DNA from: Christensenella sp. UBA1750
GTDB taxonomy: Bacteria; Bacillota; Clostridia; Christensenellales; UBA1750
Length of the DNA: 64,000 nucleotides
Direction of reading: 5' to 3'
NCBI GenBank assembly: GCA_002315655.1
Contig: DCHO01000044.1
Location: 25,948 to 89,947 of the forward strand
In this document: piece after piece, positions 57,115 through 64,000 of the stretch
Numbering within the stretch: the stretch's first letter is position 1
Layout: each line of letters opens with the position of its first letter
The notes under the pieces: generated by a model
Seen by the model: the letters and a program-made list of their open reading frames with translations, nothing else
What the model was told of the DNA's origin: nothing
Databases searched by the model: none
Position numbers and translations under genes: made by a program

Positions 57115-58180
57115 AATCATGGGTGAGCTTCGCCACCTGCTTTTCGATGGCTTGCGCTTCTTCCTTGGTTTCGGTGGTGGTGATGAGATACAGCCCCTTG
57201 GAGGAGAGGTTTTCCATGATGGGCTGAATCTGCTCCGGCTCCACAAGGATGATGAGGCTCTTTCCCGCGGCCTGTATCTTTTTGAGATACGGGAAGAACT
57301 CGGTGCAAGGCGGCTGACCCGCCACCTGCGTCCACTGAATTGCCCGCAGCTCCTTGATGGAGAGCAGATCGTCCAAATGCCGCGTCTGCTCAAAGCCGTC
57401 AAAGTGGTAAAGCGGATAATCTAAGAATTTGCACTGGGTCTGCAATTCGGGCAGTACAAATTCCTTGAACAGCGGGTTGGAGATCATCACGGACATATCG
57501 CACTGCATCTGCGCGTGGAAGCCTGGCGCCCAAGTGGAGAGCCAATCCACCACGCAGCCGCCCTCGTTCGTGTCCTTTACGATGGAATAGACGTTTTTCA
57601 TGACCTTTTCGTAGGCTGCTTCGATCTTCTGCAGAGCATCGGAGACCCCTTCCGGGTCTTCCAGCATAGCCATCATCAGGTTTTCGCTGCCCATCAGGTG
57701 TGCAAGGGCATCGGCGTTGCCGGTGGAGTCGGGCATGGAGATGAAGTAATCGCCCTTGCTATCCTCCGCATAAGCCTTGGCCAGCTCCAAAGTCTTCTGA
57801 TACAGGAAGCTGTTTTCGTCAAAGGTCAGATCGTTCGGGTCTTCTAAGGAAGGATGGAACCACACCGAGTCCCCGAAGTAATATTTGGCGCCCTTGAAGA
57901 AGCCCGCGTGCCCGCCTGCGCCCAAGTCCACGAAGATGGCGGGGAAGGAATCGCCGCCGTAGTAGGTGTGTTCCATGCGCTCCCGATTGCGTTTGATGAC
58001 CAGATTCGGGTCTGTCCAATACTGAATGCGCTCCTCGTCCGTGCCGGGAACAAGACGCACGGTGGAGAGTGCCTTGTGGTCAAAGGCCTTGACGGACACG
58101 CAGCAGCGGTCAACGAGCTCCTGATTCCAGAAGGCGGTGAGCCTCTTTTTTGAGGCCTCCCAGTTTTCCTTGTAAAGCAT
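57113..58180 (-). CDS. Uncharacterised 355-aa protein, paralog A (possibly URO-D/MtaA-like TIM-barrel fold, no HxC zinc motif)
   Basis: It is the last gene of the minus-strand operon. It is ~68% identical (243/355 by hand alignment) to the adjacent paralog B. It has YHFDG where MtaA-type enzymes have HxCG. Confidence 0.6.
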   Translation of the reverse strand: MLYKENWEASKKRLTAFWNQELVDRCCVSVKAFDHKALSTVRLVPGTDEERIQYWTDPNLVIKRNRERMEHTYYGGDSFPAIFVDLGAGGHAGFFKGAKYYFGDSVWFHPSLEDPNDLTFDENSFLYQKTLELAKAYAEDSKGDYFISMPDSTGNADALAHLMGSENLMMAMLEDPEGVSDALQKIEAAYEKVMKNVYSIVKDTNEGGCVVDWLSTWAPGFHAQMQCDMSVMISNPLFKEFVLPELQTQCKFLDYPLYHFDGFEQTRHLDDLLSIKELRAIQWTQVAGQPPCTEFFPYLKKIQAAGKSLIILVEPEQIQPIMENLSSKGLYLITTTETKEEAQAIEKQVAKLTHD

Positions 58181-58210
58181 AACGGTTCCTCCTATATGAT
58201 GTTTATGATG

Positions 58211-59278
58211 TTATTCGTGGGTGAGCTTTGTCACCTGTTTTTCGATGAACTGCGCTTCCTCTTTGGTCTGCACCGTCGTTACGAGGAACAGCCCTTTGGA
58301 GGACAGGTTTTCCATAAGCGGCTCGATCTGCTCCGGGGTCACGACGATGACCAGGCTCTTGCCTGCCGCCTGTATTCTTTTCAGATACGGCAGATATTCC
58401 GTGCAGGGCGGCTGCCCCGCCACCTGTGTCCACTGGATCGCCCGCAGCTCCCTGACGGATAAAATGTCGTCCAAGTGCCGTGTCTGCTCGAAGCCGTCCA
58501 GATGATACATGGAATAGTCCAAAAACCGACTTTCGGTCTGTAATTCCGGCAGAGCAAATTCCTTAAACATGGGGTTGGAGATCATCACGGAAAGGTCGCA
58601 CTGCATGAGGGCGTGAAGCCCCGGCGCCCAGGTGGAGAGCCAGCCGACGCAACTCCCGCCGCGGTTTACGCCCTTTACGATGGCGTAAAGCTCGCTCATG
58701 ATGCGCTCGTAGGCATATTCCAGCTTGTTTAGTGCGTCTTTTACGCCCTCGGGGTCTTCGATCATGGAAATCAGCAGGTTTTCCGGCCCCATGAGGTTTT
58801 GCAGCGCGTCGAGATTTCCCGAAAGGTCGGGCATCCCGATCATGTAGTCCCCGCGGCTGTCCTCCGCAAAGGCCTTGGCCAATTCTATCGTTTTGTGATA
58901 GATAAAGCTCTGCTCGTCAAATTCCAATTCGGCGGGGTCTTCCAAGGTCGGATAAATCCACAGCGTATCGCCAAAGGTATATTTCGCGTTTTTGAAGAAG
59001 GCCGAATGGGCGCTGACCCCCATATACATGGCAATGCCGGGATAGCTTTCGCCACCGTAATAGGTGTGCTCCATGCGGGCGCGGTTGCGCGCAATCACCA
59101 CATCGGGGTCTGTCCAGTAGCGGAGACATTCCTCCGGCGTGCCGAGCTTTTTGAGCGTGCCCAGCGGCGCGGCATTGCCCAGCCCCATAACGGACACGCA
59201 GCTGCGATCAACAAGCTCCTGATTCCAGAACGCGGCAAGCCGTTTTTCGCAGGCCTCCCAGTTTTCCTTATAGCGCAT
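58211..59278 (-). CDS. Uncharacterised 355-aa protein, paralog B
   Basis: It is a tandem duplicate of 57113-58180 with identical length and a 30-bp spacer. It has YHLDG at the equivalent position. Confidence 0.6.
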   Translation of the reverse strand: MRYKENWEACEKRLAAFWNQELVDRSCVSVMGLGNAAPLGTLKKLGTPEECLRYWTDPDVVIARNRARMEHTYYGGESYPGIAMYMGVSAHSAFFKNAKYTFGDTLWIYPTLEDPAELEFDEQSFIYHKTIELAKAFAEDSRGDYMIGMPDLSGNLDALQNLMGPENLLISMIEDPEGVKDALNKLEYAYERIMSELYAIVKGVNRGGSCVGWLSTWAPGLHALMQCDLSVMISNPMFKEFALPELQTESRFLDYSMYHLDGFEQTRHLDDILSVRELRAIQWTQVAGQPPCTEYLPYLKRIQAAGKSLVIVVTPEQIEPLMENLSSKGLFLVTTVQTKEEAQFIEKQVTKLTHE

Positions 59279-59302
59279 GATCTGTCCTCCCCAACGTGAT
59301 TC

Positions 59303-60655
59303 CTATACCCGTTTTGCCTCGTCCATGGCGATGCGCACCCATTCCTTTGCGTTGTCGGCAGAATAGGCCAGCGTGCGAATGTCGCGGTTCAGCACCTCAA
59401 CGGGGCAGCCCAGCTTGCCTGTGTAGGCAAAGGTGTCGTGGATTTTTTCGCGGATGGCTTCCCTGTCGATGTGCGGCACGGCGATCTCCGCCGCGCTCAT
59501 CTTCCAGCAATAGACATAATCCTTTCCCAGCTTGTCCGCCATGATGCGTGTGTCCGCCCACGGGGACACCGTGACCTTGCGCAGACGCGGTATCTTTTCT
59601 TTGAGAATGTCGATCCAGTTGTCCAGCGGCTCGCAGCAGCCGTAAACATTCAGCCCGAATTTTTCCAGAATGGGAAGCTGGAAAGGCAACACGAACTCCG
59701 CAAAGGCCTCGGGCGAAATGACGCCGCTTTCCTGACTTTCGCAATAGCCCCACATATCCATAGGGCGCACATGATCAGGGTCAAAGCCCGGCGCGGGCAA
59801 TTCGTCGCACCAGCCGTAGCCGCCGGTGCCCATGAACTCGCCGCCGTTGTTGCAGGAGAGCAGCCTGTTGTCTTCCAATAAGGAAAGTTTGTGCAGGGCA
59901 TTGTCCCGCAAAAAGCCCATTAAGGCCTTCACCTCGTCGGGATAATCGTATAGGTCATATAGGAAATTTTCATAGCCGCGCAGGAAAATGAACTCCGAGG
60001 TCAGGCCGAGAGAGAACCACCACGAATTGTCCGTAACCACAGGAAGGATGCCGTCAAACACATCATGGGCGACAGTGAGCAGCTTTTCGGAGGCCTCCTT
60101 ATCGTAATAAAGGTCTGTAAAATGGAGCTTGGGCAGGTCTTCATCGTAGTCCTTTATCGCGGGGTCAATGTGATACGCGCCGTAGTTTTCTCCGCCGGTG
60201 TGGCGGGTCTTTATACCCATGTCCGTGAAGTGCACAACAGACTGCACGGAAAATTCTTTGCGGCACACGCGGTCGTCCCCGATTTCCTCCTGCCAGTAGA
60301 TTTCCTTCCGCAGACGGTATTCCCAGATTCGCGCCAGAGGGGATGTGCATTTTAAGCAGGTGTGGGGCATGATCTCATACCACGCAAGCTCCGGGTCGAT
60401 GAACACCAGCGGGCGGGTCTGCTTTAAGGAAAGATGGTCTTTCCAGAGCTGTTTTCGCTCCTGCTGAATGGGTAAATCGGCCAAACCTGCCACGCGGGAG
60501 GCAAGCTTACGCAAAATGCCCTTTTCCTCCTGCGAAACGGAAAAGGAGGGGAGGCTTGCCATGAGCCCGTTCATCTCGCACAGCCACGAAAGCGCGCCGG
60601 AAGCCGCAAGGCCGATGCCGAGCTGTTCCTGTTTGAGTCGTTCTCTTTCCTCCAT
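59303..60655 (-). CDS. Uncharacterised 450-aa protein (possibly URO-D-like fold; YGCCE motif)
   Basis: It is an in-operon ORF with coding-like composition. The C-terminal half (GLNVYGCCEPLDNW...VTVSPWAD) resembles the C-terminal strands of URO-D/MtaA-family barrels. The assignment is tentative. Confidence 0.55.
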   Translation of the reverse strand: MEERERLKQEQLGIGLAASGALSWLCEMNGLMASLPSFSVSQEEKGILRKLASRVAGLADLPIQQERKQLWKDHLSLKQTRPLVFIDPELAWYEIMPHTCLKCTSPLARIWEYRLRKEIYWQEEIGDDRVCRKEFSVQSVVHFTDMGIKTRHTGGENYGAYHIDPAIKDYDEDLPKLHFTDLYYDKEASEKLLTVAHDVFDGILPVVTDNSWWFSLGLTSEFIFLRGYENFLYDLYDYPDEVKALMGFLRDNALHKLSLLEDNRLLSCNNGGEFMGTGGYGWCDELPAPGFDPDHVRPMDMWGYCESQESGVISPEAFAEFVLPFQLPILEKFGLNVYGCCEPLDNWIDILKEKIPRLRKVTVSPWADTRIMADKLGKDYVYCWKMSAAEIAVPHIDREAIREKIHDTFAYTGKLGCPVEVLNRDIRTLAYSADNAKEWVRIAMDEAKRV

Positions 60656-60664
60656 GCGTGCCTC

Positions 60665-62152
60665 CTATTCCTGCTCCGGGAAGAGCATATTGTCCATATA
60701 GCGTTCGTTGAACTTGGGATTGCCGCCCAAGGGAACATGAACGGCGTTCTTTGCGATTTCCCGCGCCCGCGCTGTGGCTTCCTTATGAAGAAGGAGCTGC
60801 GCCGCGCCGGAGAGGGCGGCATTGCCCAAGACGGTTGTGCAGGCAACCAGTTCCTCCGGCAGAAGGCCGATGGCGGCGGCGGAGCGGAGATTCAGATTGC
60901 TGCCGAAGCCCCCAGCCAGATCAAAGGAGGAAACGTCCTTCGGTTTGATGCCCGCCGAATCCAGCAGGGTTTCCAGCCCGGCGGCGATGGCGGCCTTGGC
61001 AAGCTGCACGGCGCGAACGTCCTTGGGAAACAGGGAAACCGCGCCGCCCAAGGGGAACTCGTCCTCCTCCATGGCTCCCGTTTCGTCGATTTCCTCCAAC
61101 GCCAGCCCCACCGCGATGGCGTCCAACAGGCCGCTGCCGCAGAGGGATTGGGCTTCCGTGTTGCCGATGACGGAAACGTGGGGCTTGCCGTTTACGATGC
61201 TGACTCCGTTGATCGCCCCGGTCACGCTGCCGCTGCCCATGGTGATGCCCGCGCCCTCAAAGGCGGGGCCGGCGGCGGTGGATGCAACATAGAGCCTGCC
61301 GTCCTTCCACAGCGCCATTTCGCCGTTGGTGCCGATGTCACACAGCGCGGCGGTTTCATTGCCCCGGCAAAGGTGGGAAACCAGAATGGCACAGGTGATG
61401 TCCGCACCCACAAAGGCGTGGGCGCAGGGCGGCAGATAGGAAGGAATCCCGAACAAGTCTATGGTTTCGTCAAAGAGACAGTCGGCTTCAAAGGGGGCGT
61501 GGGACAGTGCTTCCGGGTCGCGCCCGGTCAGCAGATAGAGCATGGTCGTGTTGCCCGTGACCACCATTTTTGTGACGGTATTTGCCGCAATTTCCGCTTT
61601 TTCACAGGCTTCCTGAAGCAGGGCTTCGATGGCGCCTGTCACCTGCTGCCTCAAAAGGTCGCGCTTGCCGCCCATGGATGCGCCGATGCGCCCCATCACG
61701 TCCGCCGCGACGCTGCCCTGCGGGTTCAGCATGGCGGCAGAGGCAAGTTCCGCGAAGGATTGAAGGTCGTAGAGCTTTAACGCCATGGTGGTGGTGCCGA
61801 TGTCCACCGCCGCGCCAATCTTCCCGGAGGAAATGCCGGAGCTCTGCACGGTTTCCGCCTGTCCGCTGCCGGTTTCGATCATCATGTCCTGCCTGTCCTC
61901 GGGCAGAATGACTTCGCAGTCCCCCGTGATTTCCGCCTGACAGGACAGGCGGCAGCCTGCCTTTTGCTCCAAAGCGTTGGGCGCGGAAACGCTGCCGGTG
62001 ATCTCCACCCGGCATTTGCCGCAGACCCCGCGCCCGCCGCAGGGATGAATGGTAGAAAGCCCGTTTTGCAAAAGAAGGTCAGACAGCTTCATCCGACCTT
62101 CAAACTTGATATTCTGTGTGATTTTTCCCTTGTGTACCTTCAAAATTGCCAT
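60665..62152 (-). CDS. RACo-type reductive activator of corrinoid proteins (N-terminal [2Fe-2S] ferredoxin + ASKHA/DUF4445 ATPase)
   Basis: It has the plant-type ferredoxin Cys pattern HPCGGRGVCGKCRV...CRLSC. It has the ASKHA phosphate-1 motif AAVDIGTTTMA. Its size of about 495 aa fits. Confidence 0.8.
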   Translation of the reverse strand: MAILKVHKGKITQNIKFEGRMKLSDLLLQNGLSTIHPCGGRGVCGKCRVEITGSVSAPNALEQKAGCRLSCQAEITGDCEVILPEDRQDMMIETGSGQAETVQSSGISSGKIGAAVDIGTTTMALKLYDLQSFAELASAAMLNPQGSVAADVMGRIGASMGGKRDLLRQQVTGAIEALLQEACEKAEIAANTVTKMVVTGNTTMLYLLTGRDPEALSHAPFEADCLFDETIDLFGIPSYLPPCAHAFVGADITCAILVSHLCRGNETAALCDIGTNGEMALWKDGRLYVASTAAGPAFEGAGITMGSGSVTGAINGVSIVNGKPHVSVIGNTEAQSLCGSGLLDAIAVGLALEEIDETGAMEEDEFPLGGAVSLFPKDVRAVQLAKAAIAAGLETLLDSAGIKPKDVSSFDLAGGFGSNLNLRSAAAIGLLPEELVACTTVLGNAALSGAAQLLLHKEATARAREIAKNAVHVPLGGNPKFNERYMDNMLFPEQE

Positions 62153-62156
62153 TTTG

Positions 62157-62702
62157 TCAGTCCTCGAACAGCAGCATTCCGAAATAGGTCACGGTGTTGG
62201 TTCCGTTGATGTATTTAAGCTCCGTGCTCTTGGTGGTGTTGTAAACGTCCACGCCGGAGCCTTCCAGAGAATAAATGATGTCGTTGGGATGGCGGCAGGG
62301 CAATTCGTCTCGCTTTGCGCACTTTTCGCACAGATGGCAGCCGCCGGAGCCCAAGAGAGAGGTTCTACCGGAAAAAAGCGGCAGCAGATTCTTTTTGATA
62401 TTCTGGCAGACCTGCGCGTGGGTTTTGGCGACCTCGCCCATGCCCTCAAAATCGAAGCTGTCCTCGATTTCGCCTACGGTCTGGAACCACAGCCCGTGGG
62501 GGAAGGAGCGCACCTTTTCCATCAATTCTTCAATTTCGCCGTCAAAGGGCGGGCACGTCCAGCATCTGTTATAATTGCCGCAACCGTTGTTTTCACAGAT
62601 TTTGCGGAATTCGGCGGAAAGCACAATGCTTTCCTGCTTAATTACCGTGGCTTTGGTCGCGCCGCAGGAAAGGGCGGCGGCGACGAGAGATTCATAGTCC
62701 AT
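62157..62702 (-). CDS. DUF2284 family metal-binding protein
   Basis: It has the motifs CGNYNRCWTCPP and GGCHLCEKC. The family is commonly found beside corrinoid methyltransferase genes. Confidence 0.7.
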   Translation of the reverse strand: MDYESLVAAALSCGATKATVIKQESIVLSAEFRKICENNGCGNYNRCWTCPPFDGEIEELMEKVRSFPHGLWFQTVGEIEDSFDFEGMGEVAKTHAQVCQNIKKNLLPLFSGRTSLLGSGGCHLCEKCAKRDELPCRHPNDIIYSLEGSGVDVYNTTKSTELKYINGTNTVTYFGMLLFED

Positions 62703-62705
62703 TTT

Positions 62706-63707
62706 TCAGCCCTCCCACTTTGCAAGGGTGTCAAAGAATGCGTGGATGTTTTCCCATTTGGCCTTCGGGGGAATGTCGCAGCCGGAGGAGGGCAGGAAGT
62801 TGCTCTCTTTGCCGCAATTTTCCATAAGCGAAACAACAGCCGCCTGCATGGATTCCACCGTGCCGCCGGCAAACTCGCCCGCCGGGTCAATGTTGCCCAT
62901 GCACAGGCAGTCCTTCGGCGCTTTGTCCAAAATTTCCCGCATATTCACGGCGTTTCCGAAATGGTACGCCGCCGCGCCCTGGGCAAAGATGCTGTCCGTT
63001 AAGTGAGGCACCGCGTTGCCGCAGTTGTGGTAGATGACGGAAAACTCTTCTTCCTGCGTGCTTTCAATGAGACGGGTGACGTAGGGCTTGGAGAACTCGT
63101 CAAAGAGCTCGGGGGAAAGCAGCCCCGCCAGCGGCTCCGCCAGCACCACGCCGTCCGCGCCGATTGCCTTGAAAGCATTGATATAATTGATGAGGAAGTC
63201 CGTGACCTTGGATAAGACTTTGTGAACCAGCTCCGGCTCATCGTAGCACTGATAAAGGATTTCGGTCACATCCAGCAACCGCCCCGCCAGCGAATAAGGG
63301 CCGATGACCCCGGCCAGAACAGGCCGGTCGGTGATGGTTTCCTTGGCCTTTCTGACGGCTTCCAAGCACAAGCCTGTGCGTCCTGCGCCCACTTCGGGGA
63401 GGACAAGCGCGTCGGCCTCGTCCTCATCGGAAACCAAAGTCCCGGTGATGGTGGGCACTTCGTTTTCCGCAAAGCGCACCGTTGCGCCGAAGGCCTCGGC
63501 TTCCACGGATAAGTCCATCAGCGTGACGGAGGCAAGAGAGGGCACTTCGTCGGCCACGATCTTCATCGCCTTGGCCTGATTGTCCGCAGAGGACACCAGC
63601 TCGTGGACGGAAATGCCCATTTTCTGCACAGCGGGGAAAGAGAGCAGGGGCAGAGCCTTCTTAACCGGCTTTGCGGCCTCTTCCCAGAGAAATGTCGAGA
63701 GATTCAT
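62706..63707 (-). CDS. MtaA/CmuA-family (uroporphyrinogen decarboxylase-like) methylcobamide methyltransferase
   Basis: It is 333 aa. It has the zinc motif VIYHNCGN (HxCG) plus the distal Cys in SSGCDIPP. The layout is typical of the URO-D family. Confidence 0.75.
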   Translation of the reverse strand: MNLSTFLWEEAAKPVKKALPLLSFPAVQKMGISVHELVSSADNQAKAMKIVADEVPSLASVTLMDLSVEAEAFGATVRFAENEVPTITGTLVSDEDEADALVLPEVGAGRTGLCLEAVRKAKETITDRPVLAGVIGPYSLAGRLLDVTEILYQCYDEPELVHKVLSKVTDFLINYINAFKAIGADGVVLAEPLAGLLSPELFDEFSKPYVTRLIESTQEEEFSVIYHNCGNAVPHLTDSIFAQGAAAYHFGNAVNMREILDKAPKDCLCMGNIDPAGEFAGGTVESMQAAVVSLMENCGKESNFLPSSGCDIPPKAKWENIHAFFDTLAKWEG

Positions 63708-63759
63708 AAAGGTCTGCCCCTTTTCATGGAGTATTTGTGTTCAGCGGAAGAACAGAACG

Positions 63760-63956
63760 GTGAAATAAATCCCAACGGGATTTGTGAAATACATTTCATT
63801 TGTGAAATAGGGCTGCGCCCTGTGAAATACGCTGTGGCGTGTGAAAGGAAAGTATCTTCACCGAATGCGAAGCATTCGATTTCACATTCCCATGGAATAT
63901 TTCACATTGACCGCCAAAGGCAGGTCAATATTTCACATCCCGCAGGGATATTTTAC
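63760..63956. repeat. Mirrored array of nine GTGAAATA / TATTTCAC octamers separated by short unique palindromes
   Basis: Forward copies start at 63760, 63784, 63802 and 63822, with a degenerate GTGAAAGG at 63841. Reverse copies lie at 63878-63885, 63898-63905 and 63929-63936, with a degenerate TATTTTAC at 63949-63956. The spacers contain hairpins: AAATCCC/GGGATTT, GGGC/GCCC, CGAATGC/GCATTCG, ATTCC/GGAAT, TTGACC/GGTCAA and ATCCC/GGGAT. Confidence 0.85.
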
Positions 63957-63960
63957 TGAT

Positions 63961-64000
63961 CTACTTGCAGAAGGCAGCGGCGGCGTCGGCAGCGGAGGCC
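63961..64000 (-). CDS. 3' end of an upstream minus-strand gene (partial)
   Basis: The reverse frame is open to the window edge and ends ...ASAADAAAAFCK with TAG (complement of 63961-63963). Its identity is unknown. Confidence 0.4.
   Translation of the reverse strand, partial: ASAADAAAAFCK

Noticed and set aside
60737-63002. 347-aa and 317-aa plus-strand ORFs across the RACo, DUF2284 and MtaA-like genes.
   Set aside because: They are antisense to three genes that carry clear motifs ([2Fe-2S], ASKHA, CxxC, HxCG). They have no RBS or family signal.
63782-63800. A Rex/CRP-like operator, TTGTGAAATACATTTCATT.
   Set aside because: The left half matches the TTGTGAA half-site. The right half (TTCATTT) does not match TTCACAA. 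The array geometry is not that of a simple dimeric operator. It is mentioned only as a half-site resemblance.
63760-63956. The possibility that the GTGAAATA array is a degenerate CRISPR array.
   Set aside because: The repeats are only 8-9 nt and the spacers 10-23 nt. The spacers are themselves palindromic. Repeat orientation flips midway and no cas genes are nearby. It is kept as an unexplained repeat finding instead.

Overview
This is a high-GC, Clostridia-type chromosomal segment. Sporulation genes ylbJ and sigK are present, so I infer a spore-forming Oscillospiraceae-like gut anaerobe; this is inference only. No rRNA, tRNA, CRISPR array or bona fide transposon was recognised.

The backbone is the conserved Bacillus-type ylb/ylq housekeeping block, in this order:
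- ylbJ, a patatin (ylbK-like), two GNATs, tmcAL (ylbM) and a CDP-alcohol phosphatidyltransferase
- pta-ackA, yceD (ylbN)-rpmF and a HAD hydrolase
- plsX-acpP-rnc-smc-ftsY
- ylxM-ffh-rpsP-khpA-rimM-trmD
- rplS, rbgA-rnhB-yraN, comM
- aroC-aroK-aroA, dprA-topA-trmFO-hslVU
- rnj, a ylbF-like gene, mltG and a U32 peptidase
- sigK further downstream

Single-gene or small accessory units are inserted into this backbone. They include a GNAT remnant with a GH42-like hydrolase, an Rpn-family nuclease with a GH2 beta-glucuronidase, and a 1247-aa double GT-C glycosyltransferase with GtrA. They also include a GH43-like gene, an MFS/DUF5107-like pair, a MATE exporter and a GH127-like gene.

The observations most worth follow-up are:
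1. A six-gene minus-strand operon (57113-63707) has the hallmarks of a corrinoid-dependent methyl-transfer system: an MtaA-like HxCG enzyme, DUF2284 and a RACo-type activator. It also carries three divergent proteins of unknown substrate, two of them tandem paralogs.
2. Immediately upstream of that operon (63760-63956) is a mirrored array of nine GTGAAATA/TATTTCAC octamers separated by short unique palindromes.
3. An unannotated type I toxin-antitoxin-like module lies in the trmD-rplS spacer. It consists of a 28-aa Hol-Tox-like peptide and a convergent antisense RNA driven by a consensus promoter.

All functional calls rest on motif and synteny recognition by eye. No database search was run.
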